A DNA stretch of 64,000 bases from Antedon mediterranea (Eukaryota; Animalia; Echinodermata), in contig NC_092673.1 of the NCBI RefSeq assembly GCF_964355755.1, positions 16,464,948 to 16,528,947 of the forward strand. The letters run 5' to 3'. The notes under the pieces were generated by a model, which worked only from the letters and a program-made list of their open reading frames with translations, was not told the origin of the DNA and did not search any database. A program made the translations under genes and the position numbers. Position 1 is the stretch's first letter; the number at the start of each line of letters is the position of its first letter. Positions 13,018-24,784 of this stretch are shown one piece after another.

Positions 13018-13744
13018 CTAGAAATCTAGCTAGTCAACAGTAAAGTAAAAGATTAGGTCTCGTTAGAATACAGTGTGTGGTATTATGTTTGGACACTAAG
13101 AAAACCAAGTTTTTATGGAAAATCTTTATAGCCTAAATACTTCTGGGGAATTAGAAGGTGATCCACGCAAACTTCAGAAGTTTAGAAGAAAATAAAGTGC
13201 AAAGGCTTTGCACTAAAAAACCCTTATGACATTTTCTTTAAAGAAATTTAATTTCTTAATTGTAGAAACAAACCCATTTTGAGTAAGAAATAGAAAAATG
13301 TGAAACTAGAGAAATAAAAGAGGATAAATTATGTTTTTAAATAATTTTTCTGTATATAACATACTCAATGTTTGACAATTTCATAGCTAAAACAATTTTT
13401 GTCAGAGATTTTTCTTATGAAAAAAAGTAATTGTTCAGTAGGAGTTGATCAGGAATTGTGTTTCATTTCGGAATCCTTTTAGCCATGTTTGTTTTTTTAC
13501 TTGAGAAAAATGTTATGCAGATTTGTCAACAAGCTTACATTCAGAAAAACAAGGGGCCTGATTATTATTAATGACCTTGTGTATTTGTGTTTACTGTTTG
13601 CCTGTTTCCCCTAGATACAGCCAAACAAATCCTATCAAAATCATTATCGTCAGTTAAATATTAACTTTGTATTTAAACAAAAGATAAATTAAAAATCATC
13701 TGATTGTTTGAAATGTATAAAGGTTATAGAAATGTTTGGTTATT

Positions 13745-16700
13745 ACTTCCAAGGCTGTTAGTCAGGGTATTTGTGTGGGGTATTGTACTACTGTACCTTA
13801 CTTTATGATCCATTTATTAATAGACTAAAATGCACTGCTTCCCCAGGGCTGTTAGTCAGGGTATTTGTGTGGGGTATTGTACTACCTTACTTTATGATCC
13901 ATTTATTAATAGACTAAAATGCACTGCTTCCCCAGGGCTGTAGTGTTAGTCAGGGTATTTGTGTGGGATATTGTACTACCTTACTTTATGATCCATTTAT
14001 TAATAGACTAAAATGCACTGCTTCCCCAGGGCTATAATAGTCAGGGTATTTGTGTGGGGTATTGTACTACCTTACTTTATGATTCATTTATTAATAGACT
14101 AAAATACACTGCTTCCCAGCAGGGCTGTTAGTCAGGGTATTTGTGTGGGGTATTGTACTACTGTACCTTACTTTATGGTCCATTTATTAATAGACTAAAA
14201 TGAATTGCTTCCCAGCAAGGCTGTTAGTCAGGGTTTTTGTGTGTGGTATTGTACTACCTTACTTTATGATCCATTTATTAATAGACTAAAATGCACTGCT
14301 TCCCCAGGGCTGTTAGTCAGGGTATTTGTGTGGGGTATTGTAAGTACTACCTTACTTTATGATCCATTTATTAATAGACTAACATGCACTGCTTCCCCAG
14401 GGCTGTTAGACAGGGTATTTGTGTGGGGTATTGTACTACCTTACTTTATGATCCATTTATTAATAGACTAACATGCACTGCTTCCCCAGGGCTGTTAGAC
14501 AGGGTATTTGTGTGGGGTATTGTACTACCTTACTTTATGATCCATTTATTAATAGACTAAAATGCACTGCTTCCCCAGGCCTGTTAGACAGGGTATTTGT
14601 GTGGCGTATTGCACTACCTTACTTTATGATCCATTTATTAATAGACTAAAATGCACTGCTTCCCCAGGGCTGTTAGTCAGGGTATTTGTGTGGGGTATTG
14701 CACTACCTTACTTTATGATCCATTTATTAATAGACGAAAATGCACTGCTTCCCCAGGGCTGTTAGACAGGGTATTTGTGTGGGGTATTGTACTACCTTAC
14801 TTTATGATCCATTAATAGATTAAAATGCACTGCTTCCCCAGGGCTGTTAGTCAGGGTATTTGTGTGGGGTATTGTACTACCTTACTTTATGATCCATTTA
14901 TTAATAAACTAAGATGCACTGCTTTCCCAGGGCTGTTAGTCAGGGTATTTGTGTGGGGTATTGTACTACCTTACTTTATGATCCATTTATTAATAGACTA
15001 AAATGCACTGCTTCCCCAGGGCTGTTAGTCAGGGTATTTGTGTGGGGTATTGTACTACCTTACTTTATGATCCATTTATTAATAGAATAAAATGCACTGC
15101 TTCCCCAGGGCTGTTAGTCAGGGTATTTGTGTGGCGTATTGCACTACCTTACTTTATGATCCATTTATTAATAGACTAAAATGCACTGCTTCCCCAGGGC
15201 TGTTGAGTCAGGGTATTTGTGTGGGGTATTGTACTACCTTACTTTATGATCCATTTATTAATAGACTAAAATGCACTGCTTCCCCAGGGCTGTTAGTCAG
15301 GGTGTTTGTGTGGGGTATTGTACTACCTTACTTTATGATCCATTTATTATTAGACTAAAATGCACTGCTTCTCCAGGGCTGTTAGTCAGGGTATTTGTGT
15401 GGGGTATTGTACTACCTTACTTTATGATCCATTTATGAATAGACTCAAATGCACTGCTTCCCCAGGGCTGTTAGACAGGGTATTTGTGTGGCGTATTGCA
15501 CTACCTTACTTTATGATCCATTTAATAGACTAAAATGCACTGCTTCCCCAGGGCTGTTATTAGTCAGGGTATTTGTGTGGGGTATTGTACTACCTTACTT
15601 TATTATCCATTTATTAATAGACTAAAATGCACTGCTTCCCCAGGGCTGTTAGACAGGGTATTTGTGTGGGGTGGGGTATTGTACTACCTTACTTTATGAT
15701 CCATTTATTAATAGACTAAAATGCACTGCTTCCCCAGGGCTGTTAGTCAAGGGTATTTGTGTGGGGTATTGTACTACCTTACTTTATGATTCATTTATTA
15801 ATAGACTAAAATGCACTGCTTCCCCAGGGCTATAATAGTCACTGAGGGTATTTGTGTGGGATATTGTACTACCTTACTTTATGGTCCATTTATTAATAGA
15901 CTAAAATGAATTGCTTCCCAGCAAGGCTGTTAGTCAGGGTATTTGTGTGTGGTATTGCACTACCTTACTTTATGATCCATTTATTAATAGACTAAAATGC
16001 ACTGCTTCCCCAGGGCTGTTAGTCAGGGTATTTGTGTGGGGTATTGTACTACCTTACTTTATGATCCATTTATTAATAGACTAAAATGCACTGCTTCCCC
16101 AGGGCTGTTAGTCAGGGTATTTGTGTGGGGTATTGTACTACCTTACTTTATGATCCATTTATTAATAGACTAAAATGCACTGCTTCCCCAGGGCTGTTAG
16201 TCAGGGTATTTGTGTGGGGTATTGTACTACCTTACTTTATGATCCATTTATTAATAGACTAAAATGCACTGCTTCCCCGGGGCTGTTAGACAGGGTGTTT
16301 GTGTGGGGTATTGTACTACCTTACTTTATGATCCATTTATTAATAGACTAAAATGCACTTCTTCCCCAGGGCTGTTAGACAGGGTATTTGTGTGGGGTAT
16401 TGTACTACCTTACTTTATGATCCATTTATTAATAGACTAAAATGCACTGCTTCCCCAGGGCTGTTAGACAGGGTATTTGTGTGGGGTATTGCACTACCTT
16501 ACTTTATGATCCATTTATTAATAGACTAAAATGCACTGCTTTCTCAGGGCTGTTAGTCAGGGTATTTGTGTGGGGTATTGCACTACCTTACTTTATGATC
16601 CATTTATTAATAGATTAAAATGCACTGCTCCCCAGGGCTGTTAGTCAGGGTATTTGTGTGGGGTATTGTACTACCTTACTTTATGATCCATTTATTAATA

Positions 16701-17432
16701 GACTAAAATGCACTGCTTCCCCAGGGCTGTTAGTCAGGGTATTTGTGTGGGGTATTGTACTACCTTACTTTATGATCCATTTATTAATAGACTAAAATGC
16801 ACTGCTTCCCCAGGCCTGTTAGTCAGGGTATTTGTGTGGGGTATTGTACTACCTTACTTTATGATCCATTTATTAATAGACTAAAATGCACTGCTTCCCA
16901 GCAGGGCTGTTAGTCAGGGTATTTGTGTGGGGTATTGTACTACCTTACTTTATGATCCATTTATTAATAGACTAAAATGCACTGCTTCCCCAGGGCTGTT
17001 AGTCAGGGTATTTGTGTGGGGTATTGTACTACCTTACTTTATGATCCATTTATTAATAGACTAAAATGCACTGCTTCCCCAGGCCTGTTAGTCAGGGTAT
17101 TTGTGTGGGGTATTGTACTACCTTACTTTATGATCCATTTATTAATAGACTAAAATGCACTGCTTCCCAGCAGGGCTGTTAGTCAGGGTATTTGTGTGAG
17201 GTATTGTACTACCTTACTTTATGATCCATTTATTAATAGACTAAAATGCACTGCTTCCCCAGGGCTGTTAGTCAGGGTATTTGTGTGGGGTATTGTACTA
17301 CCTTACTTTATGATCCATTTATTAATAGACTAAAATGCACTGCTTCACCAGGGCTGTTAGTCAGGGTATTTGTGTGGGGTATTGTATTACTTTACTTTAT
17401 GATCCATTTATTAATAGACTAAAATGCACTGC
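13745..17432. repeat. 89-bp tandem satellite, about 41 copies
   Basis: Unit CTTCCCCAGGGCTGTTAGTCAGGGTATTTGTGTGGGGTATTGTACTACCTTACTTTATGATCCATTTATTAATAGACTAAAATGCACTG. A partial unit resumes at 21381-21433. Confidence 0.98.
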
Positions 17433-20400
17433 TGTAGTGCCGTACAGTTTATAAATGGGTTATTTAGTAAACACATCCTGGCAACGCCAAACTCGTGTAG
17501 AATACGCATGCGTGCAGGACACGCAGTAGTACCAAACAGGATATAATAAAAAGATAGAACTGCATTTATAGTGTCTACCGAATCGTCATTAAAGTCATCG
17601 TAAACAATATTACACTGGCGACGAGTAGGATCAAGTAAAAATGGAATCCACACTGGCAAACTTCCCGAACTTCAAAATACGAAATTCCGGCGACGATGCG
17701 CAAGAATTCGAAAAATACGCAGGCCGAATCGAAAATTTTTCCACGGCTATGAACATCCGGGACGACAAGAGGAAGAGAGCACTGTTGCTTCACTATGCAG
17801 GTGAGAAGGTATACGATATTTTTGGAACTTTGCAGGCAATATTTATGATGAGGCCAAACTAGCAATGAAAAACTACTTTGAGCCCAAGAAGAATATTCCA
17901 TTCGCCATCTACACCTTCCGTCAGTTAAGCCAAAATGCCAGCGAGTCGATTGACGACTACGTCACACGCTTACGTCAGGCTGCTAGGACATGCTCGTTTG
18001 CGGACGTTGATGGTGAAATAAAAATGCAAATAATATCTCACTGTTGCTCGCCAAAGCTTAGACGTGCGGCTCTACGAGATCCTACCAGTGGTGGCGCCAG
18101 CGGGGGGGGGGGCTACGGGGACTCTAGCCCCCTCGTCGGGGAGCCTAGCCCCCACGTCGGGGAACACGGGTACTTTTTGTCGGGGAATATAATATACAGT
18201 AAAAAACGTTCGCGTTCACTTCATATAGCTTCAGCGCCTAGAAAACCACGACGTTCCATTGACCGTGAGAGTACGTCAGAGGGCCATCCAGGGACCAAAA
18301 TGTGTAATGTAGTTATTTTCCAGGCGAAGTTTACCGACGGTTACCGAAGGGAACACGGGTACTTTTTGTCGGGGAATATAATATACAGTAAAAAGCGTTC
18401 GCGTTCACTTCGTAGCTAGCTTCAGCGCCTAGAAAACCGCGACGTTTCATTGACCATGAGAATACGTCAGAGTGATATTATGCACTTTATATGCATTCAT
18501 TATTGCCAGCGATCTAACTTACTACTAAACAATAGCTAGGTTCGCACTTGTCTCTGGCGGTATCCCTTTGTACGAATCGTTCAACGTTGGGTCGAGACGC
18601 GTGATATCATGTTCCATCCAGGGACCAAAATGTGTACTGTAGTTATTTTCCAGGCGAAGTTTACTGACGGTTACGTCGTGTACTGCGTCGACGTACGCTA
18701 CACTACAGCAAAAACGAATTACGTTAATTGTTCGTAAGTTCACCAGTTTTTTTAATTTACAAGTAACCTTCTGTACCGTGGGGCACCTAAAATAAATTTT
18801 TCATCCATTACTATAAACAAAAAAACATGCCATTTTCGCTTAGCCAACATCTTATTATAGCTAAGTTATTACATTTTCAATGTCCTGTATGTCATGAATT
18901 TCTCACCACTCGGAAGTCCAGATGGTACGCACGCATACACTTGGGAGGAATAAACTTATTTCCCCGACTGAAAAAGGTCTACGCTTGCGTTTTTTAAGCC
19001 TCTAGGCCTGATGTTTCCGAAGTATAAAATGCAATTTTTTGAAGACCTGCAGCTATAGTTTTAAACAGTTTTTTAGCTCAGCCCCAACAATAAAGCTGGT
19101 CATATTTCGAAGTACAAGAAGTGCATTTTCCGGGACCTAACATCTCTATTTTTCAAAACATTTCTTAGCTCAGTCACAACCTTGATAGGGACTTATATAT
19201 TTTGTTTCATGTTTTGAAGTATAGGCCTAATAAGTCCAATTTCCGGGACCTCCAACTCTATTTTTCTAAATTTTCTTTGAACTTTTATTTTTTAAATTGA
19301 AAAATATGGATTGAAACAGTCATCGCGCATCGTTTTTTTGCACGCAGTATTTTATTTATGCATTATAAAAAATGGAAAAAATGGCTACCCTAAATCTGAT
19401 TAAAATGACCTCAAATGACGCTAGAACGCGTTGCTTCCGGGGGATTCGCCCTCTGGCGCCACCCCTGGATCCTACGCTAACGCTAGACAAGATCTTGGAG
19501 TACGCGCGCGCACTCGAGGCATCGCAAAAACAAGCGTCTGAGATTGAAAGCAAAAAGGGAAATCCCCAGTACGTCAATTATTCTGCAGCGGCGACGACGA
19601 CCAGCAAGCAGAGGACACAGGCAAGCATACTGGTAGTAGTAGTAGGCATAGCTACACTTCCAAGCAAACCAAAACTAACAATATCTGTCGTAGATGTGGA
19701 GGTAACTACCCACACACTGGTTCCTGTCCAGCCATGGGCAAGTCTTGTAATTTGTGCAGCAAACCTAATCATTTTGCAAGCGTATGTATGATCTAGTGAT
19801 AGTAATGTAGCAGCCAAGTCAAGTAGGCCCCCTTCCAAAAGGGCAGTATGAATAGCGATGATCGAAAAGCTGAATCATCAGAGGATGAGTATTCTTTCTC
19901 GTTGAAAAATGAAACCAAAGCGAAGCTACCAAAAGCAACACTGAAGGTAAACAATGTTAGTTTACAATTGCTAATCGACAGCGGATCGACAGTCAACATC
20001 GTGACTGAAGACGTAGCCAAAAAGCTTAAGGTGAAAATAGGTAAAACGAACACGAAGATATATCCTTATGCTGCCGACACCCCCCTTAAAGTTTTGGGTG
20101 GATTCAACGCGATGGTGGAATCGAGCAAAAAGATTGTCCTCGCGGATTTTGTTGTTGTAAAACGTGGCCCCACTCCAATTATCGGATACATCACAGGGGT
20201 AGAGCTTGGAATCATTGACATAACATGTAGTATCCCACAACAACCCATGACGGACATAACCGCAAAATACGAGAATGTGTTCAAAGGACTGGGTAAGATG
20301 AAAGATGCAACAATCAAATTGCACATCAACCCCGACGCCAAGCCTGTTAATCAAATTCACCGCAGGATACCATTCCACCAACGCGCCGTAGTGGAAGAAT

Positions 20401-21380
20401 GCCTTGACAGAATGCTGCAAGATGAAGTTATAGAGCCAGCACCTGGACCACACACCTGGATCAATCCGATCGTACTTGTACCCAAAAGCAATGGTAAAAC
20501 GCGAATGGTTGTGGACATGCGTGAGGCAAACAAAGCGATAGGACGCGAGAGGTACTTAACGCCAACGCTAGATGATATAATTTGCAAGCTAACAGGCGCT
20601 ACCGTGTTTAGCAAAATCGACATGAACAGCGGGTACCAACAACTACTTCTGCATCCTGATTCGCGCAACATAAGTACATTCTCTACGCACAAAGGACTGT
20701 ATCATTACAAGCGATTATTTTACAGTGTCAACGCTGCGCACGAGATCTTCAATGAAAAAGTCAAAAACATGCTGAGCGGAGTACAGAACCAACTCAACAT
20801 AAGTGATGACATTATAATTTTTGGTAAAGACACTAAGGAACATGATGAAGCTTTAAATGCTGTATTTGAATGTTTGCGTGATTCTAATGTTACAGTAAAC
20901 AAAGATAAATGTGAATTTTACAAGTCAAATATCACGTTTTTTGGCATGGTTTTTTCCAAGGAGGGAATTTCCCCAGATCCTAGGAAAGTTACTGCGATCA
21001 AAGCATTAAAGGCCCCAGAATGCATTACAGAATTGCGTTCCCTTTTTGGTATGGTTAATTTTCTCAGTCGGTTCATTCCAAATTATGCCACTATTACAGC
21101 ACCTATGAATGGGGTGAAGAGCAAAACAAAGCTCTAGAAATGCTCAAGGATAAGCTCAATTCTGATTGTGTTATGGCATATTTCGACCCCACACAAACCA
21201 CCGATGTTTATGTAGACGCTAGTCCAGTGGGTCTAGCTGGAATGCAAGATGACAAAGTCGTTTTCTGTGGTAATAGGTCATTAACAGCCACTGAAAAAAG
21301 GTATTCCCAAATTGAACGGGAGGCATTGGCCATAACATGGGCGTGCCATTATTTTCGACTGTTTCTAGTTGGCAAACCAT
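17433..21380 (+). mobile_element. Ty3/Gypsy (Mag-like) LTR retrotransposon, 3'-truncated and decayed
   Basis: 5' LTR TGTAG...TTACA at 17433-17614. PBS TGGCGACGAG at 17616 (tRNA-Ser type). Frameshifted gag from 17641 with two CCHC knuckles near 19685-19785. pol from 19848 has protease IDSGS, RT ISDD and RNase H VDAS...YSQIEREALA. Integrase and 3' LTR are absent. Confidence 0.93.
18086..19467. mobile_element. Non-autonomous hAT element inserted in Gypsy gag
   Basis: TIRs CAGTGGTGGCGCCAG / CTGGCGCCACCCCTG and 8-bp TSD GATCCTAC (18078-18085, 19468-19475). Excision rejoins gag as ...ALRDPTLTLDKILEYARALE. Confidence 0.92.
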
Positions 21381-21532
21381 CTAAAATGCACTGCTTCCCC
21401 AGGGCTGTTAGTCAAGGGTACTTGTGTGGGGTATGCAGTAATACGATAGTTTAGTTTAGTTCTGTAGTTATAATGCTTTATATTTCACATGACAGAAGAT
21501 TGTAAAAATCTGTTGAATCAGTAAGTTTGTCT

Positions 21533-21735
21533 AACCTGCATAACATAATGCCACACTCATTTTGGTAGAAATACACCAGGAGTAGATCCAGGATTTAGAG
21601 GGGAGGGCTAATAATAGACTGGGGAAAGAAGCCTAGGCCCCATGGTTCTAATCAAAATTTTAAAATTTTCTCTTTCGCCATGCTTTTATAAAGTCTCCCA
21701 CCATTTAATTTTTATGATTTCGGACCTCCACATAC
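21533..21735. repeat. Single uninterrupted paralog of the window-start repeat unit plus its downstream flank
   Basis: Matches ~401-490 joined to ~2165-2277, i.e. the empty site of the 491-2164 insertion. Confidence 0.9.
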
Positions 21736-22649
21736 TAAAATGGCAGTGCGAAATAACACTTTTGGTTTTTAATAATAAATGAACAATAAATGATATCATT
21801 ATTGAATAAAGAATTGTTTATCTCATAATAAATATATTTTATTCAAAATAAAGTTCTGTTCTTATTGTAATATCCATTTTTTTTATCCATAATTGTTATT
21901 TTAAAATATTTTGTATAAAGCTGGTAGACTGCTCACAATAAAATACAGACAGTAGTTTTTGTTTGATTATGCAAAATATGATTTTTTTTAAATTAATAAT
22001 TTATAATTAGGTGATACATTTAATATCTATAGCTTCTAGTGCATTCTCCATACAAAACCAATTTCTGATAAATAAAATGAATGTGATGTGAAGTATGATT
22101 GGCTTTCCCATGGATATCTTTTTTCCTTCTTGATATACCTGAGTACCAATAATTAACCAGTATATAGGCCAATAAATAATATTATCGATAATATTATCAC
22201 AACATAAAATGGCATAGTAGGCCTCTATTAACCAAACAGAGCCTCCTAATTAGCCTTAATATAAATTGTTTTTTATACCTACAGTAAACAATTCCTGGTA
22301 ATCAAAATACATATTATTATCCTAAAGCACAAAATATTATTAACAAATATATCCACGACACTTTATTAATTTTATTTAATCAGCAAAGCATCTATTATGA
22401 ATTAAAAATATACATAGTTATGTGATGTTTTGTTCCAAAATCAATAATTCTTATAATGTACTAGCGCAAGCAAGTACTTCTGTACACTTTGCACATCAAT
22501 AATTCACCGTCAAATATGCAATTACATTTTTTAAAGTATTTGTTGCTCCTAATCTATACTTTACATGGGTTAATGGAGATAATTTTGAAAAATGTTTGAT
22601 CACATGACTTTTAAGTTTAACCCAATGTTGTAACTCTTTATATATATGG

Positions 22650-22924
22650 CTCTGGCTCCGCCCATAATTCGTTCGTTTACATTGGTTGAATATGAATTAT
22701 GATATCTTCCTAACACTATCTTTGTTTATATTAAGTTTGCAAACGATAGATAGGTAAACAAGACTTATATTTTCTATTATAGGCTAGCATGCAAGACTGA
22801 TTAGGAAGTCATGTGATGCACAGAAGCAGTGACAATTATAAACACCTTATAGTCAAGTAGCGTCTGTTGATGTAGAGCTGTTCAGTCGGACTGATTTACC
22901 AGTGGGTGGAGGATTGTTTCCAGG
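22650..22924 (+). promoter_or_regulatory. Candidate promoter and non-coding first exon of the ANK-Roco gene
   Basis: CCGCCC 22658, ATTGG 22681, ETS-like AGGAAGT 22803, TCATGTGA, TATAAA 22837, and donor-like CAGG|GTAGGG at 22924/22925. Motif-level evidence only. Confidence 0.4.
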
Positions 22925-23599
22925 GTAGGGTACCAACAATTCTGTTGTTCAGATTCAGTTGTAGTGTGAGTTTTTATATTATTTATTTAATATTTCATTT
23001 GACTTACAGAATTGTGCTTTGTTTTATGACAATTACAGGAATAGCAATACTTTGTTTGGAAATGTTGGTTTATGGCAACCAGTTGCATCCATTGAAGTGT
23101 TTCTCAACTATTTTATTTTTACAGCAAAAATTGCAATACAATAAAATTACAGATTTTAATTCGAAATTCAGAGGCTTAAAAGGTAATCTTGGTGAACACT
23201 ACAAGGGTTATCACTATCTTTTGCTCAAATTCTGCCTATGTTATCACTTACCTTTCAGACTTTTCATTTAATAGCACATAAATTGTTCAATAAACTTGTG
23301 TTAAAATGTTAATATCAAACGTACTAATGTCTGTTGTTGGAGAGTACAAAGGTCACAGAAGTTAGGCTGCTGAATATCTTGTAGTACTAAGTATATATTG
23401 AACGAAACGTGTCTGACATGAAAATAAAAAAAGGTGTATTAGCCTGATAGTACAGTGATACGCCCGTATTCTTAAACCGGACTTTAGTCGTAGTTTGAAC
23501 TTTGACTTCAAAAAGTGTTAGTTCGAGCTACAGGCTCTAGACCCCTTGATTTCTATGCTACAATTTACCCGATAAATATAGGCATATTTTGAACTTTAA

Positions 23600-23820
23600 A
23601 GGTCACTTCTTTTTAAAATTGAAAAAATGGATTGACACAGTTATTGCGCATCAGTTTTTTGCATGCAGTATTTTATTTATGCATTATGAAAAATGGAAAA
23701 AGTAGCTACCCTAAATCTGATTAAAATTGCCTCAAATGACGCTAGAACGCGTTGCTTCCAGGGGCTTCGCCATCTGGACCCCCACCGGGGGCCCTTGGCG
23801 GCCCCTCCCTGACACCCAGC
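23600..23820 (+). mobile_element. Fragment of the same hAT family as 18086-19467
   Basis: Clear similarity to ~19290-19455 (GCTACCCTAAATCTGATTAAAAT...TGACGCTAGAACGCGTTGCTTCC). Confidence 0.8.
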
Positions 23821-24042
23821 CTAGAGAGAGATTAACCAAATTATTAACCAAATAACTGATACGTTTTTCTGATACTCACAATTGCCTAGAGGGATGTTTT
23901 TGCTGTTTTTTTAGGGTGTAAAGTATAGCGGCCAAACTGAATGGCAGCCATTTGTTGTGTATTAATTAAAGAAAAGTCATAATTGCCGTTTGGGAAAATG
24001 AATCCACAAAACAATGTTTCCAGTTATTATGAACAAAATAAT

Positions 24043-24635
24043 AATCTTCATGTAGTAACACCAGCATACAGGGTCATCTTCATTCAGTAACACCAGCATA
24101 CAAGTCGTCTTCATTCAGTAACGCCAGCATACAGGTCATCTTCATTCAGTAACGCCAGCATACAGGTCATCTTCATCAGTAACACCAGCATACAGGTCAT
24201 CTTCATTCAGTAACACCAGCATACAGGTCATCTTCATTCAGTAACACCAGCATACAGGTCATCTTCATTCAGTAACACCAGCATACAGGAGTCATCTGCA
24301 TGCAGTAACACCAGCATACATCTCATCTTCATTCAGTAACACCAGCATTTATACAGGTCATCTTCATTCAGTAATATGCAGGCATACAGGTCATCTTCAT
24401 TCAGTAACGCCAGCATACAGGTTATCTTCATTCAGTATCACAGTCATCTTCATTCAGTAACACCAGCATTTATACAGGTCATCTTCATTCAGTAATATGC
24501 AGGCATACAGCTCATCTTCATTCAGTAACGCCAGCATACAGGTCATCTTCATTCAGTATCACAGTCATCTTCATTCAGTAACACCAGCATACAGGAGTCA
24601 TCTTCATGCAGTAACACCAGCATACAGGTCATCTT
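24043..24635. repeat. 31-bp minisatellite, about 18 copies
   Basis: Unit CAGTAACACCAGCATACAGGTCATCTTCATT. Confidence 0.95.
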
Positions 24636-24697
24636 TTATTCATTTAATGCAAAGGTTTCTGTCTGATGGAATTATGTTTTACATTTCATATTTTCAG

Positions 24698-24784
24698 AAG
24701 AGAATGTGTAGGCTTACTTTTACACTAGAAGCTATCGGCATTAATAATTGTTAAATGAAGACACTGTATTTTTGCAATGGAAAG
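24698..24784 (+). CDS. Exon containing the proposed start codon (ATG GAA AG| at 24777)
   Basis: TATTTTCAG acceptor and AAAG|GTACGT donor. Phase 2 matches the next exon. Confidence 0.65.

Noticed and set aside
14205-15358. ORFs in the 89-bp satellite
   Set aside because: Repeat-unit artefacts; 89 is not a multiple of 3 and no domain is recognisable.
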